Below are positions 10,906 through 23,409 of a stretch of 64,000 bases of DNA, piece by piece. The stretch is from Octopus bimaculoides (lineage: Eukaryota): positions 8,087,354 to 8,151,353 of the forward strand of contig NC_068991.1 of the NCBI RefSeq assembly GCF_001194135.2. Direction: 5' to 3'. Under the pieces are notes generated by a model. The model was not told where the DNA came from. It made no database searches and was given only the letters and a program-made list of their open reading frames with translations. Every line of letters starts with the position of its first letter. Within the stretch, counting starts at the first letter, position 1. Both the position numbers and the translations under genes were made by a program.

Positions 10906-13198
10906 GTAGACTATCTTTGTCTTTATTTTCATAATCATCTCGTATTGATTTTATTCCAATCCCATTTATTACTTTTTACAAATTGATTTAAAACAGTTTT
11001 CTAATTGTCCATAATAACGCATTCTAATATAAGTTCTATGTTTCACCATTCGTATTTCCAATTTTGTATATGATGTTTAATATAAAACAAATCTTACTGG
11101 AACCAAACAGAAAAAACCCCCCTAAGTGACTGCATGTTGCATTATTTACTTCATCTATTCATTCTGTCTGAGATTTTAGGACGTACATCGTCGCCTGTGC
11201 AGGCGATGATCAGTTAATGTACTTACGACCCAAGATCCCGTGTGTGTGTGATGCTGTTGTATGAATGTTATACAGGTGTTAGTTACATATTATCAGTCGG
11301 CATTCATAGACATTATCAGTGTGTGTGTGCGTGTACCTTAGCGCCAATAACACGAATGTTGTGTCTGTCATATATTCTAAATGTTGTCTAGAAAAACATG
11401 CTTGCTACACGTACTTTCACATATAAATTACTATTTTTGCACCTTCATCTCTGACACTTTGTATACATGCATCACTGCTCACGAGCGTCAACAGAAATGT
11501 AAATAATTGTTCGATACACTGCCTGTTATACACATTATCGTTTGGTAATTGCGTTTGGGTGTGCGCGCATACCAATATATTATTTTAATGGATCGGCCTG
11601 TAGGAAGAGGTTGTGCCTATGGCCTTCGCAAACCCTCCGAGATCAGTAAGAGCGACATAGTTAACATTCCTTTTCAACAGTTGCTATTCGACGACGACTG
11701 CTGGGAAAACATGTACGAAGAGAGAATTTTAGAGGGCCGACTTTCTGGAAGGAATAACTGACCGCAGTGGTTCGTATTGGGCCTAGGGTGGGCAGATGAT
11801 AGGTGACGGATTGAGAAGAGATAGGTAAGTCGAGAGTATTTAGGGGAATGTGACACGAAACCAATGGATCCGGTTTCGAAAAGCAGAAACCGCTGTATCA
11901 GTGGTAGAAAAAGGCAACGGGAAAGATGAGACGGCATATTTATGGCCTGGAGTGTATACGAGAGAGAGAGAGAGAGAGAGAGAGCTTGAGAAGTGTCCGT
12001 CTTGTCAAACTAATTATTCTACAGGCACTAGGCCTGAAATTTGGGTGGCGGGGTTAGTCAATTACATCGACCCCAGTGCTCGAAAAGATGAAAGGCAAAG
12101 TCGATCTCGTTTTAAAAGGATGAAAGAGAGCAAAATCAAAATAACTGTTTTTATTGCCATATTTCTTTTCTCAGAAAAACAAGATACTAGCTTAAGTTTT
12201 TACAATCAAGCCTTTTAATTTGAAACAAAATTCATATAAAAATATTTTCTGCATCTGACAATATGTAGTGATTAAGATGGGTTGGGAGGGAGTAAGATGT
12301 GTAATTTTGTCTAACAAAACTAGGCTTTAGACTAATAAAAATAGGGAAGGGAATGTTACAGAAGAATGTTAGAGACCTGAAACATAAGCAAAGGAAACAG
12401 GCCTCCCCTTGTGTGTATAATACGAGCTTGTAAGTCAATACAAGTGAAACACTCAGACACACACTTCATGTTCGTTTTTAGATACTCACATACACAGACT
12501 AACCCTAACGTGCTGCAATTCACACGATACACAATGTTGACGCTGTTTCGAAGTCATTCCTATGATACATATTTTCGCTTGTATACATACTGATAATTCT
12601 TTCTGCTACAGGCACAAGGCTCGAAATTTTGCGCCTGCCTGTTGTTACTTTATTTTATCGACTCCGAAAGGATGAAAGGTTAAGTCAACCTCGGCGGAAA
12701 TTGAACTCAGTACGTGAAGCTGGAAAAAAATGCTACTAAGCATTTTGTCCAATTCGCTAACGGTTCTTCCAGCTCGCCACCTTGTATATACATAGTGGTA
12801 ATAATGCAGGATCACCACCTTTGCAAAATAGACAGGCGTGGTGTCATAGGCTTGGGAATAGGGGGTGCAAATGCACCGTCTAAAATTTTCAGGGGCAATG
12901 AAAACGCTTTGAACATCCTCCTGAACAACTTCATCGGCAAAACGAACGAGCGCAGAAACATTTCTGGGCTCTTTTGAAACATTACTTATCCATTATTGGC
13001 TGCTGGCAGAACCGGTAGCACGCCGGGCAAAAGGCTTAGCGGCATTTCGTCCGTCTTTATGTTCTGAGTTCAAATTCCGCTGAGGTCGACTTTTGCCTCA
13101 TTCTTCCGGGGTTGATAAAATCAGAACCAGTCGATTACTGGGATCGATGTAATCGATTTCCCCTCCCCGAAATTGCTGGCCTTGTGCCAAAATTTGAA

Positions 13199-13237
<39 letters not shown>

Positions 13238-14111
13238 CCTGTTTGTTTTGATACTAAAATTGAAAAAACTCGACCTTGTAAAAATGTTTGGTTCACCCTG
13301 GGTTCACCCTCCCCACCACTAAGNNNNNNNNNNNNNNNNNNNNNNNNNNNNNNNNNNGAAGCCTCTTTACTCGTAGATACACCATTTCAAAGACAGACCT
13401 ATGTGCTGATATACATTTATATGTAAGCTACTTGTTCAATTCAATAATTTCATGTTCTCTCTCTCTCTTTCTCTCTCTCTCTCTCAGTATTTAAATTCAC
13501 TGCTTCTTTTACCGATAACATAGGTTCAGTTCTTATTGCAATAGCCCAAATATCGAATTCTGATTCTTGTTGGTGGCTGTTTCAATGTGAAGACATCCTA
13601 CACGCAAATATACGACAGGCTTCTCGTCTACCAAATTCCACTCATAAGGTCAACACAAAGCTTTATTAGAAAATACTTGCTTAAGGAGATGCAACGTGGT
13701 CGATTTGATCTCGGAACCACGTGATTGGTTTCTATTGAATTTCGAAATACCTTTCTGGCCCAAACAACGGGACATATATCTATAATACACAAACATACGC
13801 GCGGAGTTTCGTCAATACTGGTTCTTCAAACTATCACTATTCAAAACTGGCTATTTTGAAAAGCCAATATTTGTGAAACTTCGATGTCGTTGACAACTTT
13901 TTAATGTAAGTGTGTGTGTGTAAGAGGCCGGCCCTTTAGTTTGCTGGGGTCTCGGGCTAACCGAATTTCAGCGCCCTTCAAATATTTTTATCTTAAATTT
14001 CAGTGACAGAGAAGGGAAAACTAAACGAAGAAAGTTTTTGTTATAATGCGCGCGCGCACATTGGAGAGAGAGAGAGAAAGAGCGAGCGAGAGAGAGAGAG
14101 AAAGAGCGAGC

Positions 14112-14142
<31 letters not shown>

Positions 14143-16165
14143 TATCTTGCTATGATCTGACAGGCAGTTGTGTGGGTGAAAGAAAGTCGGAAGGGTGTCG
14201 TTGATCTCTCTGCAGATGTAACGAATCACAAACAAAATTCATAATTTTTTTGTCTCATTTTATTATTTTTCACATTTTCCCCCAAACACTACGTGGACGC
14301 CCCAAGCGACAGCTCAAGTTTCAGTACTCTGAGCCGGCCCTCTGTGTGTGTGAGATCAACCCCAGTTCCATAACACAAAAGAGATTTTACACCCTTGTAC
14401 CAGGTCCTATGGATTCTGGTGACAGATTAATTTACTGTATGCTTTTGTAAAAAGGAAAACAAAAAAAGAAGAAAACCCCCCACGGGGATGCAGTCGGACT
14501 GAAATCGTTTTTGCTCATTTCATCGGTTTAAATTTCGTCGGAAACAACTTTGTCTCTCAGTTTTTCCTCTGACATTGATGGAATAGGAAACTTGTTTAAG
14601 TAACTTATGCTAGTGAGCCTGAAATGCAGTATCCTACAGATTTAAAAAAATATAATTACTTGAGAAAATTCATACTAAAGCTTGAGCGCCTGAAACAAAA
14701 CATATTGTTCGTAATTTTATTAGCATACAAGTATAATTAATGAAACAAGTAAGGAGTAGTTGAGATGACTTTATTAAATTCTACCATTATAGGCGCAGAC
14801 GTGGGTGTGTGGTTAGAAAATTTGCTTCCCAAACCACATGGTTTCGGTTTCAATTCCATCGCGTGATACCTTAGACAAATATCTTCTGCTATAGCCCTGG
14901 GCCGACCAAAACCGTGTCAATGGATTTGTCAGAAGGAAATTGAAAGGAGCCCGTTGTGTGTGTGTGTCTTTTTCGGCGTGATTGTTGTAAATGAATGTTA
15001 TGCATTTTCATGGAAATGTACCTCACTAAACTTCGTTTGGTACGTGGAAAAGTGAACGTTAAAACAATGATGATATGAAGTGCACCCGTAATCTTTTTAT
15101 TTATTCATTTTCATCTCCAAAGCATCGTGATATCAAAATGATTGGAACTACTAACTGTACGTTTTGTTCTCTAGAATTCATTCATTATTGTTATTTTCGA
15201 TGTGAGCTCTTATATATTTCGTACATTTTCTCCAACTGAACAAACTATAAAAGTATAAAATCATTACGCTTCGCTATTGTTTCCCGACAATGATTCTCGC
15301 CGATGTATTTGGTAATCTTGTCTCAGTATCTTTTCGTGTTCCCGTATTTTTCTTTTTGAAAAAGCAATCAGCATAACATTGATTGTGTGGGTGGATGTCT
15401 CAGATGTTTTCGTCTATCTTGTTTGTGTCAGCATCTGTATGAAAAATAACAAGCAACACAGGATAGGATGCGCAAACAACTCCAGATAAAAGCAGACTGG
15501 TATTTATCAGCTTTAGCTATATTAAATCAGTATAGATTGACAACAACCATCGTACTAGCAAACCTTTAAATATCATTTCGAAGTTTGATCACAGAGTCAG
15601 CCACCGACTTAATTTTACTATTATTATTATTATTATTATCATTATTATCCCAGATCTGTTTTTAAACTAGAATAAATCGCGCGCGCGCGCTTAATTGCGT
15701 TAATCTTTTAATGAGAATTATGTGACAGTTAATACCTTGAAGCTTATTGTTAGTGTTTATAAGTGCTAGAATCTCAACAAATGGATGTATTCTCGCTCAC
15801 TCAACAGATTTCTCACGTTGGTAGGTGTTTTTTCTAATTACTATTCCTTGTTGTTAACCACGAGTACTTTGCCTTATTCAAAATTCTTCCCTGTCACAGT
15901 TCAGGGCCTCTTTGTCTTGGAGATGTTTTATAATGTATGTTTTCAAGTTCAGCGAAATAGGTATTAACCTGAAGTTTCATTGATGACAATATCGTTTAGA
16001 AATAGCTAGTCCCCCCTCTCTGTCTCTGACTCTCACCTAATATTTGAACATTTTTCCGCTTTAACTAATACCTGCACGATTGTTTTATAGTTGTAATCGA
16101 CTTAATCCCTTCTGTCCTTGTTTAGTCCCCTGTGAGCAATAAAGAAATGTGTGTATTCGTTTCAG

Positions 16166-16246
16166 CCCAAAGGTTGTGGGCTTGCTGCGGCACCGCCAAA
16201 AAAAGAAAAAAAAGTGCTGTGTGATCCAGGAATCGAAACATCCACC
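16166..16246 (+). CDS. Candidate 81-nt symmetric cassette exon PKGCGLAAAPPKKEKKVLCDPGIETST
   Basis: TTCGTTTCAG|CCC ... ACC|GTAAGA, open in phase 0, GC-rich unique sequence. No homology support available. Confidence 0.3.
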
Positions 16247-16717
16247 GTAAGATCGCAAGACGAATGCCTCTAGCAACAAGGCCAGACGTCTTAAAATACG
16301 TATTTTGTAAGATAAAAAGTCTTTAGTTATTTGTTTTCTCACCAGCTAAGCACGCGTAGCACAAGTTTTAGGCGTATCTCATCTTTGTGGAGCCATCATC
16401 GTCTTCGTATATCTCTAGAAGAGAACCAAGTGGGAATTTGATTTTCAAACTTAGTAACTGAGAAGACTACTCAAACAATGTTGCATTTTAATCAAAGCTA
16501 AATTTAAAAGTTTCAACTAAAAATAGTTTTAAGTTTTTTTGTTGCGTTCTTTTTTCGTTGAAATTTATTAGTTGAGATTGTGTCTGTGATTGGAATAAAA
16601 GCCTCAAGCTATTCGTTCGATGGTTTAATAATTATAATGGCTTTCCTGATTAATTACAAACCCAAACTTTTGAAGAGAAAAGATGCAGTTGATTGAATTA
16701 AAATTATTGATATTAAT

Positions 16718-17592
16718 AAGTCAACGAGCTGGTAGAGTCTTTAGTACGCCGGGCGAAATGCAACATTTTCTCCGTCTTTACGTTTTGAGCTAAAATACCG
16801 TCGAGATCGACATTGCATTTCATCTTTGCGAGGCCGATGACGTAAATGCCTGTTGATCACTGGGATCGTTGTAATCGATTAACCCCCTGTCTGCCAGAAT
16901 TTCAGCCCTTATTGCCTGTAATAGAAAGAAAGGCAACGAGCTGGCAGAATTGTTAGCACACCGGACAAAATTCCTACGTTCTGTGTTCAAATGCCGCCAT
17001 AAAGTACCAGTCAAGTACTAGGGTCGATGATATCAAACTACCCCCCCCCCTGTATTTACTGGCTTTGTGCCAAATTTACAAAGGATTATCGTGAGCGGGC
17101 AGAATGCTTAGCGGTGTTTCTTCCTGTTTTTTTTACGTCTGAACGCAAATCCTGCCGCGGTCAGCTTCGCCTTTCATCCTTTCAGGGTCGATAAAATAAA
17201 GTACCTGTTTAGAGCACTAGGGTCGACGTATTCGATTTCCCACCTCCCCTAAAAATTACTGGTTTTCTGTCAACATCTGAAAGCATTATTAGTATTGATA
17301 AGGCGGCAAACTAGCATAATCGTTAGCACATCTGACGGCGTTTCTCCTATCTGCGTGTTCTGAGTTCAAATTCCGCCGTAATCGACTTTGCCTTCTATCC
17401 TTTTGGGGTCGATAAAAAAAATATCAGTTCAACATTCGGAACGATGTTATCGACTTACACCCCACCACCACAGAATTTCAGGCCTTGTCCTTATAGTAGA
17501 AGGACTTATTATTATTATTATAATTGATACTTAGTCTACCGATCCCGAGGGTATAAAAGGCACTGCCGACTTCAGTTGGGTTTGAACTTAGA
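16718..17592 (+). mobile_element. Head-to-tail cluster of four SINE family B copies plus one inverted fragment
   Basis: Repeated GAGCTGGCAGAA...GAGTTCAAAT...GGGTCGAT...GGC.TTGTGCC units at about 16718, 16931, 17090 and 17300; inverted piece at 17530-17592. Confidence 0.85.
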
Positions 17593-18308
17593 ACAACAGC
17601 GAAGCTGTTGGATCATTAAAAACATCCAGTTCGTCATCATTTTACAACAAACAAACGTAAGTTATAGGAAATTAACTTTCGGATTATAATGTTAGGTGGT
17701 TGACATATTTTTCTTTGTACTTTCTTTTCTTTTGCTCAGAATGTCTCTGATGTGTATATTAACTTGTATCAATGCATGTTAAATTCGTATGTCTTATTTG
17801 TGTTTTATATTGTTTCTTTGTAGCTTCTGGTTGCTTTTCACTGATCCTTTTGTTGTAATTATGTTGGATGCTTTCATATGTCTGTCTAGGTAGGACGGGG
17901 TGTGTGACAGACGTTCCTCTTCTTTGTTTTGTTTTTTGTCGTTTCCTTTTTATAGTCTAGCTTAGTTATTTATTACTTTTACATGCCGTCTACATCTCTT
18001 GCATTCTTCCTTTTACATTCCATAATCAGCTAAAATTCACTCTCCAACAGCAAGCCAGTGTGTGTCTGTCTGTCTGTGTGTACGTATATGAATGACAGTG
18101 ACATATTTGTGTTCGCTTTTATACATGTCTTATATATGAAACATGAAATTAAGACGTACATACATTGAAATACTTGTGAGTGTACGAGCACTGCTATAAT
18201 ATAGTGTTTGTAATTGCTTGCTAATTTGTCTGTTTAATGGGACATTAGCAAATAGCCTTCAAAAGTAAGGCAAATATCAAACTTGTGGACGTCCACTTTC
18301 AATAACCG

Positions 18309-18351
<43 letters not shown>

Positions 18352-18537
18352 NNNNNNNNNNNNNNNNNNNNNNNNNNNNNNNNNNNNNNNNNNNNNNNNN
18401 NNNNNNNNNNNNNNNNNNNNNNNNNNNNNNNNNNNNNNNNNNNNNNNNNNNNNNNNNNNNNNNNNNNNNNNNNNNNNNNNNNNNNNNNNNNNNNNNNNNN
18501 NTATATATGTATGTGTGTGTGTGTGTGTGTGTGTATA

Positions 18538-18784
18538 ATTGGTTGGTGCATAATTATTGCGGTTTTTGTTTTTCATCAAATTTTATTAAACAAAAATAAT
18601 ATTTAACAAAAACATCTTTAAATGACGGTCTGACCGTCTGCCAAGCAAATGAGAAGCAGTAAATGAAGTAGATGGTGAATCTGCTCCGGAATAATCATTT
18701 AAAGATGTTTTTGTCACATGTTGTTATTGTTTTTGTTGAATAAATTTTGTTGAAAAAAAGCCGCAATAATTATGCATCAACCTA
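18538..18784. mobile_element. Mariner-type MITE
   Basis: TIRs GGTTGGTGCATAATTATTGCGGTTTTT (18541) and AAAAAGCCGCAATAATTATGCATCAACC|TA (ends 18782), plus an internal inverted repeat AACAAAAACATCTTTAAATGA / TCATTTAAAGATGTTTTTGT. The TIR resembles the Hsmar1/MADE1 type. Confidence 0.85.
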
Positions 18785-21462
18785 TATATATATATTAGCA
18801 AACATCTTTTTAAAGTGTAATTTTCATTTTAAAATCCATGGTGTCATCTTTGAACGAAACACATTGTCTGATAGCCACATGCATAGCCACAGGATATTTC
18901 ATTAAGCGTTAGAATATAAAATTTTAAATCCCGTATACGCAATGAGGCAGTTTTAATCCTTTTCCTGTTCAAGACATTTTTCAAAAGTGTCTTAAACGTC
19001 CGTGTCTGTCTTCAGATTATTAGTTCGCCCGGTTGTCATATTTTCTAAGTGATATAAAGCTTTCCAAAGTCCCAGATACTTTTATGGCTGAAAAAAAAAT
19101 TGGAATGTGTATTATAAAGCATAGACGCGGAGGAAATATGACAGACAAAGGGTTAAATTAAACAGCCGTCAGTGTATCTCATATATAATGTATACCCAAC
19201 GTTGATAGGTAAGTTACTGCGGTATTTGTCCTGGGATAACATATATGGACTTGGAAGGAGGCAAAAATTTTTTTACATCATCCCAGCAGCAAGATGCATC
19301 TCTGCTTTTTCAATGACTTGTACTTGCAGCTGCCAACATGGCTTGGATCAATATTTATCTCCACAAGGGAAACAGTGAATAAAACATTCACTGATGTTGC
19401 AAATAGCCGTCTGGCTGAATAAAAATCCAGTATATGCAATTGAGGATGTATCAAAATAGCCAATATACGTATCATACGTAATGTATATACGTCGTTAATA
19501 GGCCAGTTACTGTAGTATTCATCCTGATATAACATCTCTTGTAGACGTGCTGTTTTAAAAGCACACTGACTAAATGCTATTAAATATTTGTTTACTATAT
19601 TTTGTCCTTTTTTAAAAAAAAATAAACAAACACTGATCTAATTGAAGGTGGTGCCTCTTTCACATGGCCTTGACCTATGATGGCTAAAACAAACAAACTA
19701 ATTAGGTACATTTTCAGAGACGGTATTCTTTCTGCACAATGAACAGACCATGAGCAATTGTCGAAATTGTTGATTTTAAGAATGTTCTTTAGTTCCGGGA
19801 ATGCTGAAAACAGAATTAGTGAGCACAGCTTTAAAACAGACAACTGGTTGTGAGATAGCAGAATATTATCTGACCGAAGACAACACTCCTATGTGACCAC
19901 AGCTGTACATCATCTTTACCATTATTGTCATCATCGTCATTTTTATCATTGCCGTTGTCGTCATCATCATCGTTTTCACATCCGATTTTTCATAGCCAGT
20001 ATGAGTTGGTCAAGACATCTCGAAGCAAGATTCTACGGTCGGATGCCTTTCCTGATGCCAACTCTTGTTTTATTCAAATTGGGTAATTTATTGCATGTCC
20101 CCCCCTACACTGAATTTCTACTGCAGCTGAACATTTTGATTAAAAAAGAGGCATAAAGAATGCCATCACTAAAGCAATCTCATTACATACACACACACAC
20201 ACACACACGCATACCTACATATATATATNNNNNNNNNNNNNNNNNNNNNNNNNNNNNNNNNNNNNNNNNNNNNNNNNNNNNNNNNNNNNNNNNNNNNNNN
20301 NNNNNNNNNNNNNNNNNNNNNNNNNNNNNNNNNNNNNNNNNNNNNNNNNNNNNNNNNNNNNNNNNNNNNNNNNNNNNNNNNNNNNNNNNNNNNNNNNNNN
20401 NNNNNNNNNNNNNNNNNNNNNNNNNNNNNNNNNNNNNNNNNNNNNNNNNNNNNNNNNNNNNNNNNNNNNNNNNNNATATATGCCGGTGTTAAAACAGGGG
20501 AAGCTGATGAAGGAAAATGTTCTCTATGTGGCGTGTGTGTTTTCTGTACTCTGGTTATTATTATTTTCTTGTCTACGTTTTGTTTGCAATGTCCTGTACC
20601 CAGATATGCACCTATATATACAGGTAGACGCAGGTATGCACATACCTGTACGTATATATGCATATACTCATTTATTATTTGTTTATATATATATATATAT
20701 ATATATATACAGTAATACCTCACTTTACAAGACTCCAGGTTAATGAGTTTAATTCCTGTTTAATTGCTTTATGAGGTTGTGGGTTCAGTCCTACTACAAG
20801 GCATCTTAGGCAGCCATCTTACTTGCTGAACTTGGTCAGCTGTACAACTCCTGTATATCAACTGACAGAGATTTCAGTGAACCTGTCTGCCATTAACTTC
20901 TTTTCTTCAAAACTGGAATACAGGACGTTGTAATCCTTTTGTTATATATGAAACTTCACAAATTCTCCACTTTACAGCACCTGTCCTCATTTTACAGAAA
21001 TGAGCTAATTTAAGAGGATAAAGATTGTTTTGCTTCAGGTCTAGCTTAAACTGAAAGATGGATAACTTAATGCAGTCTTTCAGCTCTTTTGTTAATAAGT
21101 TCACAAATGTATTTTTGAACAAAAAATTTTATTTGATTAGATTTCTATTTTATTTATCCAAAGTTTTCCTTAAAGGAGTAAGACATCTTCTACAATAACG
21201 TGTGCGTGTGAACGCATATAATTTATCATGATTATTGTCATTGAAATACCTTTTATTGCTGGCTTAGATTAATTAGACAGGTCAACATAGTTGTCCATTT
21301 GCTCTAGATTCTTTTCAAAGCCACATTTGTGGGTGTAGCATATATTAGTCTTGTGTTTTCTCCAGTAAATCTTAATCTGGCTTTCCATTTCACTGATAAG
21401 AAGTTTTTGTTTTACAATAGAGAAGAGATGAGAATTTTTGATATATATAAATATATATGTAT

Positions 21463-21740
21463 CATCATCATCGTTTAACGTCCGCTTTCCATGCTAGCAT
21501 GGGTTGGACGATTTGACTGAGGACTGGCAAACCAGATGGCTGCACCAGGCTCCAATCTGATCTGGCAGAGTTTCTACAGCTTGATGCCCTTCCTAACGCC
21601 AACCACTTCAAGAGTGTAGTGGGTGCTTTTACGTGCCACCGGCACGAAGGCCAGTCAGGTGGTACTGGCAACGGCCACGCTCAAAATGGTGTATTTTACG
21701 TGCCACCTGCAAAAGTGCCAGTAAGGCGACGCTGGTAACA
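21463..21740 (-). mobile_element. Young RTE 3'-tail copy
   Basis: Reverse complement of the 36685-36953 copy; begins with (CAT)n on the + strand. Confidence 0.85.
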
Positions 21741-22469
21741 TATATGTATATATATGTGTCTTTGTTCTGTGTTTGTTTCCCACCACTTCTCAACAACTGC
21801 TGTAACTTAGCTGTTTGGCAAAAAGAAACTGATGGAATAAGTACCAGGCTTTAAAAAAAAAATCAAATACTGGGGTCAATTCATTTGCGTACGTTTGTGT
21901 GTGTAGATTTTAAGTGTTTGTCCTACCACTACTTGACAACTGGTGTTTGTTTACGTGCCTATGACCTAACAATCTGCCACGAGGGATGAATAAAATAAGT
22001 ACCAGACTTACAAACTAAGTACTTAGGTTGATCTTTTTTTTTCTTTTTTGCAACTGAAATTTTTCAAGGAGTGCCCCAGAATGGTCACAGTCCACTGGCT
22101 GAAGCAAGTGTTGCTCACCTGTCTCTGTCATACGATTACTAAATTAACCCTTGCTTCTCTGTGTTACCCCAATTTTTTTTACATCTGTTTCTTGATTAAC
22201 CTGAATAACTTCCACACCAAAATGTCTCATTAAGTTGTCAGTGTTAATAATATGAACCTAATTTTGGCCAATATATTATATAACCTCTTGATCTCGTATT
22301 ACACAAATCAATATTTTCAATCATTAATTAATGCTTCAGGAATCTGGTTGCAAGATGTTAAAGCAAATATATTAAATGCATCAGTGTTTATAGATTACAA
22401 AACTAACACCAGACTATATTCTGTGTCATTGTTACCTTGTCTCTCTCTTCATTCATCTATCTATCTATA

Positions 22470-22532
<63 letters not shown>

Positions 22533-22577
22533 CTGTCAATTACTTCAACCCCAGTGCATAACTGGTANNNNNNNNNN

Positions 22578-22614
<37 letters not shown>

Positions 22615-23377
22615 CTGTCAATTACTTCAACCCCAGTGCATAACTGGTACTTAATTTATCAACCCCAAAAGGACGAAAGGCAAAGTCGACTTTACCAGAA
22701 TTTGAACTCCGAATGTAAAGACTAGCAAAATGCAGCTAACCATTTTGCCCACCATGCTAACAATTCCATCAGCTTGCTGCCTTAATGTCAATAAATATTG
22801 AAACGGTTTTAGATTGTCGCACCCACCCATATGCTAATGAGAATGCATATTTACATATTTATGAGTGTGTGTGTGTGTGTGTTTATTGTTGCATCTTTCT
22901 TTCTTTCACATTCTACATAATACAAGAATTCAGTTCCAACAGATGTTTATGTGAGGTTGGCCACTTTTAAAGAAATATTCCAACATCTTTTATTTTGTTC
23001 TTTTATCATTGTCTAAAAAACATATAAAGGGTGGGGGGAGACACAAAGCTAATATGACAACACAAGGAAATAGAATATTTGATCTGAAAGATGCAGTTGT
23101 TTATAAATGAAAATGCAAAACATTAAGGCATGTTTAGTAAAAAGAAGAAGAATCAGCCATTCTGCTAGTTTTTTTTTAGATGAGAATTGTCTTCTGGTAA
23201 AAAGGATTTTTTTTTTTAATCTATTCATTATGTTTCTGTACTTCATGAATATTCTTTATAAAATTCCTCAACTAGTCAGCTCCATTCCATATTCATTGTT
23301 CTGAGCTGCAGCAGTATGTAGATATCTAAGACATGACATGTAAAATGAGTATATCTTACACACACACACGCACGCAC

Positions 23378-23409
<32 letters not shown>

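Noticed and set aside
11187-11210. Short hairpin ATCGTCGCCTG-TG-CAGGCGATGAT (also GGTCAACAG-TTC-CTGTTGACC near 40069)
   Set aside because: Stems of 9-11 bp are expected occasionally by chance in 64 kb, and nothing else supports them.
11549-11761. ORF ending ERILEGRLSGRNN, faintly like an RTE C-terminus
   Set aside because: The similarity is too short and the flanking RTE motifs are absent.
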